The translations under genes and the position numbers were made by a program. From NCBI GenBank assembly GCA_039803745.1, contig JBDRZD010000011.1:1-35878 (forward strand): DNA of 35,878 bases, given 5' to 3'. The notes under the pieces were generated by a model, which made no database searches, was not told where the DNA came from, and saw nothing but the letters and a program-made list of their open reading frames with translations. Source of the DNA: a candidate division WOR-3 bacterium. Its GTDB lineage: Bacteria; Hydrothermota; Hydrothermia; Hydrothermales; Hydrothermaceae. Below, piece by piece: positions 29,236 through 35,878 of the stretch. Position 1 is the first letter of the stretch. Each line of letters starts with the position of its first letter.

Positions 29236-29755
29236 AGTTGAAATAAAGGAAAATATATATCATATATTTCATCCAAAGGTAACATACCTTTTAACTTCAA
29301 AAAGCAAAGATGGCAAGGACAATGTTATGGCTCTTGCATGGCTTACACCTCTTTCAGAAGAACCTCCTCTTGTTGGAGTTGCAATCGGTAAGGATGCGTA
29401 TACATCAAAAAATATAAAGGAGACAAAAGAATTTGTCATAAATATTCCAACAATTTCTTTAAAAGAAAAAGTATGGAAATGTGGAACAAAATCAGGAGAA
29501 GAAGTTGATAAATTTGAATTGACAAAACTTACAAAAGAGAAGGCAAAGAAGGTAAGTCCTTGCTGGATAAAAGAATGTATTGCCCATATTGAATGTAAAT
29601 TAAAGGAAATAGTGGATGCAGGTGAATGCAATTTCTTTATTGGAGAGATAGTTTATGCCTGTGCTTCCACCTTATATTTTAAAGAATACTGGATAAAAAA
29701 TGAATTGCTTTTGCATTTAGGAGGTAAAATATTTGCAAAATTTGAAAAAATATGA
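29225..29755 (+). CDS. Flavin reductase-like (flavoredoxin/DIM6-NTAB) FMN-binding protein; start revised to the ATG at 29225
   Basis: Motifs N.M...W, PPL, T..NI....EF..N.P, CG..SG...DKF, EC, GEI; GGAGG SD before 29225. Confidence 0.9.
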   Translation: MKDKVEIKENIYHIFHPKVTYLLTSKSKDGKDNVMALAWLTPLSEEPPLVGVAIGKDAYTSKNIKETKEFVINIPTISLKEKVWKCGTKSGEEVDKFELTKLTKEKAKKVSPCWIKECIAHIECKLKEIVDAGECNFFIGEIVYACASTLYFKEYWIKNELLLHLGGKIFAKFEKI

Positions 29756-30135
29756 AAAAGATAATAATTGAAAGCAAAAGCATAGGAAAAATTAATTTAA
29801 TTCCTTCAGAGGAAAACCCTGAAACTCTAAAGAAATTTTTAAAAATATTACCTTGCGAGGGAAAAGCAAATTTATGGGGAGAAGAGATTTATTTTAAAAT
29901 ACCGATTGAAAAAATTGAACCTGAGAATCCAAGAAAAATTTTAAAAGAAGGGGAAGTTGGAATATGGATAGAGGAGCCTTCTTTATGTATATTTTTTGGA
30001 AAAACACCGATAAGTAAAGAAAATGAAATAGTTGCATACAGTGATGTGAATGTTATAGGGAAAATTGAAGGAGATTATAAGATTTTCAAAAAAGTAAAAA
30101 GAGGAGAAAAAATAAAAGTTTATTTAGAAGATTAA
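29752..30135 (+). CDS. Cyclophilin-like fold protein (DUF369 / TM1367-like)
   Basis: Motifs LP......WGEEIYF, GE...W.....CIFFG.TP, V..IG.I. Confidence 0.8.
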   Translation: MKKIIIESKSIGKINLIPSEENPETLKKFLKILPCEGKANLWGEEIYFKIPIEKIEPENPRKILKEGEVGIWIEEPSLCIFFGKTPISKENEIVAYSDVNVIGKIEGDYKIFKKVKRGEKIKVYLED

Positions 30136-30463
30136 TTTGGCGAAATGCCTAAAGATTTAAATCAGAATCTTTTGCAGAATACCATTATATTTAGAAAGGT
30201 AAAATATTATTAAACTTTATATTTTCCACCATGTTCCTATACCTATTTCTGTTTGAATGGCAGAAAAATAATACTTGTAGAACACCATAACATTTTAAAA
30301 GTAAGGGGTTTATGTTGAATTTTTCTGGCTCAATAAAAGTACCGGATAAATATCCTGCTCCATTCAGGATATTTTCTATCTTTCCTTTTTATAAATTCAA
30401 TTTTTAAAGCAATCTCCAAAAATTTTTCATCTCCATCATTATTTTTACGCTTTTTAAATGCAA

Positions 30464-30493
30464 TTGCAATTCAAATTTTAATTCTTCTATAAT
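30464..30493 (+). promoter_or_regulatory. Putative sigma70 promoter TTGCAA-N18-TATAAT, 7 nt before the ATG at 30501
   Basis: -35 at 30464-30469, -10 at 30488-30493; no SD. Confidence 0.6.
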
Positions 30494-30500
30494 TTATATT

Positions 30501-31286
30501 ATGAAAAAATTATCTGAAAAAGAGATAATAAAGATAATAGAGGAAAAACTTCCTGAAATAATTGAAAAATATCCTTCTATAAGAATAAAGATTGAAGAAA
30601 TAATTGAAAAAAAAGCAGTTACAAAAGAGGAAATAAAGGAAATACTTCTTGAATTAAGAAAACAAAGGGAAGATACGACAGGGGAATTGAAGACACTCCG
30701 AGAAGATACTAATAAAAGATTTGAAGAAACTAATAAAAGATTTGAAGAATTAAATAAAAGATTTGAAGAGTTAAATAAAAGATTTGAAGAGTTGAGAGAG
30801 GATACTAATAAAAGATTTGAAGAAATAAATAAAAGATTTGAGGAAATTACCCTTAGGATGGAAAATGGATTTAAAATTTTAAGAGATACAATCTCAGCAA
30901 TAGGTTCAAGATGGGGGATTGGTGCGGAAGATGCATTCAGAAAAGGTTTTGAAGAGATTATTCAGGAACTTGAATATAAAGTAATAAAATGGAAAAAATT
31001 TGATAAAGAGGCAAAAATTTTTAGTTTTCCAAGACCTGCTGAAATTGACATAATTATAAAAGATAAAAAAAGAATAGCAATTGAAGTAAAATCCTCTGTA
31101 AGTTTAAGTGATGTGGAAGAATTTTTGAAATCTATTAAATTTTACGAAATTGAAGAAAATGAAAAAATAGATGAAAAGATAATTGTTGCAATATTCTGTC
31201 GTCCCGGTGTTGAAGAATATATTAAAGAATTGAATATTAAACTGATAAAAGGAATTGAGGAAACAAAAGAATACTTTAAATCTTAA
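30501..31286 (+). CDS. Coiled-coil repeat protein with a C-terminal PD-(D/E)xK nuclease-fold domain (DUF3782/DUF1626-like)
   Basis: Heptad repeats, then 'AIG.RWG...E.AFR.G' and catalytic-type 'EIDIII......IEVKSS'. Confidence 0.8.
   Translation: MKKLSEKEIIKIIEEKLPEIIEKYPSIRIKIEEIIEKKAVTKEEIKEILLELRKQREDTTGELKTLREDTNKRFEETNKRFEELNKRFEELNKRFEELREDTNKRFEEINKRFEEITLRMENGFKILRDTISAIGSRWGIGAEDAFRKGFEEIIQELEYKVIKWKKFDKEAKIFSFPRPAEIDIIIKDKKRIAIEVKSSVSLSDVEEFLKSIKFYEIEENEKIDEKIIVAIFCRPGVEEYIKELNIKLIKGIEETKEYFKS
30711..30848 (+). repeat. Coding tandem repeat: six 21-bp units AATAAAAGATTTGARGARNNN (NKRFEE[T/L/I]) with one 12-bp insert
   Basis: Units start at 30711, 30732, 30753, 30774, 30807 and 30828; insert AGAGAGGATACT at 30795-30806. 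Confidence 0.95.
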
Positions 31287-31336
31287 CCTTCTTTGCTATA
31301 ATTTTTCTGTAGAATACCATAAAATTTTAGGCTGAA

Positions 31337-32044
31337 TCAAAAATAATTCTCAATATTATAAAATTCAAAAATTTTTTGAATCTCTGCTTTGCCTTCATAA
31401 TTTATTTCTCCATTTTTCATAAATATCATCTTATCGGCAAATTTTAATGATAAAAATGGTTCATGAAAAACACCAAGGACTATTTTTTCCTTTGAAATCT
31501 CTTTTAAAATACTCAAGATTTCAATCTGATTTTTTAAATCAAGATGAGCAGTTGGTTCATCAAGAAGTAATATATCTGTTTCCTGTGCAATTGCCCTTGC
31601 TATTATAACTTTTTGTTTTTCACCTCCTGAAATTTCTGAAAAATCTTTATTTATGATATTTTTCAACGATAGTTTTTCAATAACCTCAAAAACCCTTTCT
31701 ATATCCTTTTTACTTTCTCTTTTAAATATTCCTTTAATATGAGGATATCTTCCCATCATAATCACATCATAAACTTTAAATCCTCTCATTTCCTGATAGA
31801 ATTGTGGTATGAAGGAAATGATTTTAGCTCTTTCTTTATAGGAAATTTTTAAAATGTCTTTACCATTAAAAATTATTTTACCCTTTAAAGGTTTTAAAAT
31901 TCCGAGTATTATTTTTAAAAGCGTTGTTTTTCCACATCCATTTGGTCCTGTTAAAATTGTAAATTTTTCAATCTCACAACTTATATTTTTTATTGAAAAA
32001 CCATTTCTGTAAGAAAAATTTAAATCCTTTATTAAAATTTTCAT
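31337..32044 (-). CDS. ABC transporter ATPase, BtuD/FepC-like
   Basis: Walker A GPNGCGKTT, Q-loop, ISGGEKQ, LLDEPTAHLD, H-loop. Confidence 0.92.
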   Translation of the reverse strand: MKILIKDLNFSYRNGFSIKNISCEIEKFTILTGPNGCGKTTLLKIILGILKPLKGKIIFNGKDILKISYKERAKIISFIPQFYQEMRGFKVYDVIMMGRYPHIKGIFKRESKKDIERVFEVIEKLSLKNIINKDFSEISGGEKQKVIIARAIAQETDILLLDEPTAHLDLKNQIEILSILKEISKEKIVLGVFHEPFLSLKFADKMIFMKNGEINYEGKAEIQKIFEFYNIENYF

Positions 32045-32943
32045 ATACTTTTAAAAATCAAGTATATAAAAAATGGAACACCTATAAAGGATGTTATTAT
32101 TCCAACAGGGATTTCAACTCCTTCAAGAATAATTCTTGAAAAATTATCACATAAAAGTAAAAGAATTCCTCCAATTAAAGCAGAATAGGGAATTAAATTC
32201 ATATGTTTTTCCCCTTTTAAAATTCTTGAAATATGGGGAACAATAAGACCAACAAATCCTATTATTCCTGTGAATGAAACAGTTATTCCTGTTAAAAATG
32301 AAGAAAAGAGTAAAATTTTAATATAGATTTTTTTAGGGTCAACACCTAAGGAAAAACTTTCCTCTTCGGAGAGCAAAATTATATCAAGTTCCTTATTTTT
32401 TATTAAAAAATAAAGAAATACAAAAATAAAGGAGAAAAAAATTATAAAAAAGGAAAACCATGAGGATTTTGACAAACTTCCAAAAAGATAAAAGAAAATC
32501 TTGATTCTTTCAGAATGAGAATAATATATTAAAAATGCTAAAATTGAAGAAAAAATAAGGGAAATTGAAATTCCTAAAAGTAAAATTTTATAGGGATTGT
32601 ATTCCAAAAATTTTGAAATTAAAATTATGATAAGGATTGCAGAAATTGAGCCAATAAAGGAAAATAAGGGAGTTTTAAAAATAAAATTAAGAGGTATAAA
32701 TAAAGAAAGGAATGAAAAAAGGGCAGCACCTGATGATGTTCCGATTAAATAGGGTTCTAAAAGTGGATTTTTAAAGAGTGTTTGAAGTAAAAGACCGGAA
32801 AGGGAAAGGGATGAACCAACAAATATTGCATTTAAAGTTCTTGGAATTCTTAAATTTAAAATAATTTCTTTATCAAAACCTGCAGGACCTATTAAAATTG
32901 AAATTAAAAAGATTAAAAAGATTAAAAATAAAAATTTTTTCAC
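32041..32943 (-). CDS. FecCD/BtuC family ABC permease
   Basis: Motifs LRIPR, G..LQTLF.NPL..P...G.SSGA, EE..SLGV, GIIGFVGLIVPH, PVG..T...G.PFF. Confidence 0.93.
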   Translation of the reverse strand: MKKFLFLIFLIFLISILIGPAGFDKEIILNLRIPRTLNAIFVGSSLSLSGLLLQTLFKNPLLEPYLIGTSSGAALFSFLSLFIPLNFIFKTPLFSFIGSISAILIIILISKFLEYNPYKILLLGISISLIFSSILAFLIYYSHSERIKIFFYLFGSLSKSSWFSFFIIFFSFIFVFLYFLIKNKELDIILLSEEESFSLGVDPKKIYIKILLFSSFLTGITVSFTGIIGFVGLIVPHISRILKGEKHMNLIPYSALIGGILLLLCDNFSRIILEGVEIPVGIITSFIGVPFFIYLIFKSI

Positions 32944-33719
32944 CTTATTTTCCTCAATTCTTTAATTGCCCTTAAAATAAATGGTGAAGGTCTTGTAAAA
33001 TATTCATAATTTTTCATAACATATATTTTATCCTTTATTTTCTTATAAAAATCTTCATTTTTTAAATCGTTTAAAACATCTGGATGGGAAATTATAAAAT
33101 AATTTATTTTTTCAAAATCTATCTTTTCTTTTGAAACTATTTTATATCCCTCAAAAAAATCTGTAAAATTCTTAAATCCTGAAATCTCTAAAATCTCATT
33201 AACAAATGTATTTTTACCACAGCTCCATATCCCTCCTTTTAAATCAATTATAACCATTGCATTTCCCTTAAACTCTATTTTTTCCTCATAAATTGTGTCA
33301 AGAAATCCCTTCAATTTAAAAATTGTCTTTTTTTCTATACCAAAAATTCTTCCAAATTTTATAAAGGCATTTATTATATCAATTAAATTCTCTGTTTTTA
33401 TATAAAAAACATTTATTTTATTTTTTTTCATCCATTCAATATCTTCAATTGAATTTATATCACCTGCAAAAACAATATCAGGATTTAACTTTAAAATTTT
33501 TTCTCTTGATAAAAAACCTGAAGGAATTATAACATCTTCACCTTTTATTTTATCAATATAAGTTTTACCAACAACTTTATCTTCAAGACCAAAGTATATT
33601 AAAAAATCAGTTAAATTTGGGGAAAGAGAAACAACCCTTTCTGGTGGAGACCTTATTGATAATTTATTTCCTAAGTCATCATAAATCAAAATTGAAAATA
33701 ATAAACTTATTAAAACCAT
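32940..33719 (-). CDS. BtuF-like helical-backbone substrate-binding protein
   Basis: Motifs DDLG......PPERVVSLSP..T, E.IL.LNPD, G..TF..E.L...G..N, RPSP. Confidence 0.88.
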   Translation of the reverse strand: MVLISLLFSILIYDDLGNKLSIRSPPERVVSLSPNLTDFLIYFGLEDKVVGKTYIDKIKGEDVIIPSGFLSREKILKLNPDIVFAGDINSIEDIEWMKKNKINVFYIKTENLIDIINAFIKFGRIFGIEKKTIFKLKGFLDTIYEEKIEFKGNAMVIIDLKGGIWSCGKNTFVNEILEISGFKNFTDFFEGYKIVSKEKIDFEKINYFIISHPDVLNDLKNEDFYKKIKDKIYVMKNYEYFTRPSPFILRAIKELRKIR

Positions 33720-35599
33720 ACCATTTCCTTTTCCATTTCAATCCCTATTTTAAAACTTCTTCCTTCAACTGGATATCCAGGGACAAACTCATAATTTTTA
33801 TTTAAAAGATTATAGAGAGAAAAGGATAAATCAAAGAAATAGATTTTTTTAAGTTTGAAGGAAAGGTTCCATAAGGATATATCGCTTAAATTAGTAACAG
33901 AAGTAAATCTTTTTGAATGATAGGAATAGGAAATTCCTGATGAAAACCTATCATAGTTTAAAATAAATTCAAATCTTAAAGAATGCCATGGAATATAATA
34001 AATTCTTCTTTTTTCCTTTAAATTTTTTGCATCTGTGTATGTATAATAAATGTTAAAAAATATGTTCTCTTTACCTGTCTTAATTTCAAACTCATATCCT
34101 TTTAAATAACCCTTTGAAAAATTTTGAGGTTCATAAATAAAGGTGTCATTTTTCATATAACTTATCCATTCAATTAAATCCCTTGAATTCTTTTTGAAAT
34201 TCGTTATAGTTAAATAAAAGGGGAACTTTACAGGAAATATATTTAATAGAATATCATATCCTTCTGATTTTTCGGGTTTTAATTCTGGATTACCCCTTAT
34301 TACCATATATGGATATTCCTGATACCATATTCTTTCAAAAGAGGTTGGATTTTTAATACCCTTTGAATATATGAATGAGATTTTTGAAAAATTATTTAGA
34401 TAAAGTGAAATTCCTCCTTTTAATGGAATAAACTTTTCTTTATAGGCAAAATCCTTACTTAGATAAAAGAATGGTTCAATTCTTTCTGGAATTTCAATTC
34501 CTGTTGAAAGATTTAATGAATTTATTGTATCCTTTGTTTTTATTGTATGCCCTTTAAAAATTTTTATATTTTCTCTGAAAGTTTCATATCCAATATGAAT
34601 CCTTGCTTTTCCAAATTTTATTTTATATCCACCTGAACTTCTTAAAAGTAAACTTTGAGTATAAGATGTATCAGCCCATAAAGGGTCAGAATAATATATT
34701 CTATCCCTTAAAATTTGATTCCTTATATAATAATTTTCTGAATTGAATCCTATTCCATATAGGATTATCTCATCCTTTTCCCTTGCATCTGGTGTTGAGA
34801 TATATGCTGAATCATTAAAGAAATCATAAACTCTTCCTGTAACACCTGTTTTATTTTCAGAAAAAATAAATATCTGCTCATATGTTCCACTTGAATGTTT
34901 TATAAAAAATGTCCTCTTTGTGAAATCAGAATTCTCCCTTTTTAATTTAAACCCTCTATATTCTAAAGGATCATTCCCATCCTTATGGGTTTGTGAAAAT
35001 AAAAAGAAAAGATTGTATTCAAATGGAAGATTGAAAAGGAATTCCTGGGAATTATATCCAAATGAACCAAAATCTGTTTTAATTCTTGCATACCTTTCTT
35101 TTTTTTCAGGCAAAATAAAATTGATTATTCCACCGGATGGTCCTTCACCAAAGAATACATTATTCCCTCCTCTTAATATTTCAATTCTTTCATAATCTAT
35201 AATAGGAAGCAATGATAAATTAAAGGATTCCGTTCTTTTTGTATTTAACCTGAATCCATCAATATATAAATAATTTTCCTTTGAAGAAAAACTTCTTAAA
35301 AGACAGGTTGAAAGCATACCTTGATTACCATTTGGAAGAATAAAAATGCCTGGTAGAGAAAGTAGAAGATTATCAAGGGAAATCGGGTTTAATGATTTGA
35401 TCTGGAAGGAGGTGATATAACTCATTGGAGATTTTGACCTGTAAATCTCCTGGTAATATTGAGTTGATGTTATCTCCCGAACCGGTAATATATATTCTTT
35501 TAATGTGTCCTTTTTCTCTTCTATTATTTCGGGTTGCCCAGGAATGATCTTTTCCTTTACCCCTATTTGTATTATCATCCATATCAATATCCATTTCAT
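33710..35599 (-). CDS. TonB-dependent receptor, probably for cobalamin (BtuB-like)
   Basis: Plug motifs (L..LPG, IDG, ERIEILRG......G...GG.IN), GNPELKPE.S, NLLNK.Y....GY...GR; AGGAGG SD; riboswitch upstream. Confidence 0.88.
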   Translation of the reverse strand: MKWILIWMIIQIGVKEKIIPGQPEIIEEKKDTLKEYILPVREITSTQYYQEIYRSKSPMSYITSFQIKSLNPISLDNLLLSLPGIFILPNGNQGMLSTCLLRSFSSKENYLYIDGFRLNTKRTESFNLSLLPIIDYERIEILRGGNNVFFGEGPSGGIINFILPEKKERYARIKTDFGSFGYNSQEFLFNLPFEYNLFFLFSQTHKDGNDPLEYRGFKLKRENSDFTKRTFFIKHSSGTYEQIFIFSENKTGVTGRVYDFFNDSAYISTPDAREKDEIILYGIGFNSENYYIRNQILRDRIYYSDPLWADTSYTQSLLLRSSGGYKIKFGKARIHIGYETFRENIKIFKGHTIKTKDTINSLNLSTGIEIPERIEPFFYLSKDFAYKEKFIPLKGGISLYLNNFSKISFIYSKGIKNPTSFERIWYQEYPYMVIRGNPELKPEKSEGYDILLNIFPVKFPFYLTITNFKKNSRDLIEWISYMKNDTFIYEPQNFSKGYLKGYEFEIKTGKENIFFNIYYTYTDAKNLKEKRRIYYIPWHSLRFEFILNYDRFSSGISYSYHSKRFTSVTNLSDISLWNLSFKLKKIYFFDLSFSLYNLLNKNYEFVPGYPVEGRSFKIGIEMEKEMVWF

Positions 35600-35652
35600 A
35601 ATGCCTCCTTTTTGGATTTTCCGAGGGAGGGGAATAAAGAAGAAAATGAAAG

Positions 35653-35685
35653 TTTTTAAACCCCTTACCCCCGGGGGTTTAAAAA
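35653..35685 (-). promoter_or_regulatory. Riboswitch P13 hairpin / expression platform
   Basis: Perfect 12-bp stem TTTTTAAACCCC / GGGGTTTAAAAA; the RNA loop CGGGGGUAA is complementary to L5 CCCCCG; followed by a pyrimidine-rich tract. Confidence 0.8.
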
Positions 35686-35690
35686 TTTCC

Positions 35691-35866
35691 TTGGCAGGGC
35701 AGGTCTCCCGACTTAAAGGGTATCTTCCCCTTTCCCACCTTCCCAGGTAAAGAGCCTTAAAAAGACCCGTTTACCCAGTGGCGGGCTTAGCCCCGGAAAG
35801 GGAAAACCCTTATCACGGTGGCGGGGGCCGTGCAGGATTTCCACCTGCTTCCCTTCACCCTGCCAA
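35691..35866 (-). ncRNA. Cobalamin riboswitch aptamer
   Basis: Reverse complement: TTGGCAGGG-TGAAGGGAA-GCAGGTGGAAATCCTGC-ACGGCCCCCGCCACCGTGA...GCCACTG...GGGAAGG...AAGTCGGGAGACCTG-CCCTGCCAA; lies upstream of a btu-like operon. Confidence 0.95.
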
Positions 35867-35878
35867 CAAACATAATTT

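Larger units (their letters stand above)
30173..31329 (+). repeat. Three dispersed direct copies of a 22-bp motif (30173-30194, 30276-30297, 31308-31329)
   Basis: TGCAGAATACCATTATATTTAG / TGTAGAACACCATAACATTTTA / TGTAGAATACCATAAAATTTTA; copies 2 and 3 match at 20/22, copies 1 and 3 at 17/22. Confidence 0.7.

Noticed and set aside
30711..30848. Tandem repeats as a CRISPR array
   Set aside because: Units are contiguous, in frame, have no unique spacers and encode heptads; no cas genes are present.
30173..31329. 22-bp repeats as canonical dif/pdif or integron attC sites
   Set aside because: No 11-6-11 arrangement with a good TTATGTTAAAT arm (copy 1 gives only a 5-bp spacer to a weak match), and no paired RYYYAAC/GTTRRRY hairpin.
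35505..35750. 81-aa plus-strand ORF across the btuB start and riboswitch
   Set aside because: Antisense to btuB and to structured RNA; no start signals or protein-like motifs.

Overview
A very AT-rich, densely packed chromosomal segment of a diderm bacterium (lnt, TonB-dependent receptor, PorV-like barrel). The Lys/Glu/Ile-rich proteins suggest a thermophile; a WOR-3/FCB-adjacent lineage is only a guess. Most of it is housekeeping in reshuffled, tightly overlapping operons: (+) T9SS-CTD-like protein fragment, NSS transporter with an unlisted 31-aa small subunit, GlcD-like oxidase, membrane protein; (-) putative beta-barrel; (+) xer-birA-coaX-tsaE-Gfo-lnt; a 13-kb (-) run (HNOX/V4R-like, gltX, hutU, parAB, M42 peptidase, PorV-like, accA, DUF4388, YbbR, tRNA-Leu, unknown KOW protein, Crp, prfA, prmC); (+) gcvH-gcvPA-ACT-panD-short glmU-orf-rph-rluD-flavin reductase-cyclophilin-like; an accessory coiled-coil PD-(D/E)xK gene; and a (-) cobalamin riboswitch-controlled btuB-F-C-D operon. 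No CRISPR array, transposase or prophage was seen. The most unusual signals are: (1) recurring TTG-N18-TANAAT promoters placed 6-7 nt before start codons, implying leaderless mRNAs; (2) a 22-bp motif present three times and bracketing the accessory nuclease gene; (3) very short signal peptides on four predicted exported proteins; (4) a conserved-looking unknown protein starting 11 nt after a tRNA. All family calls come from motif recognition by eye; no searches were run.
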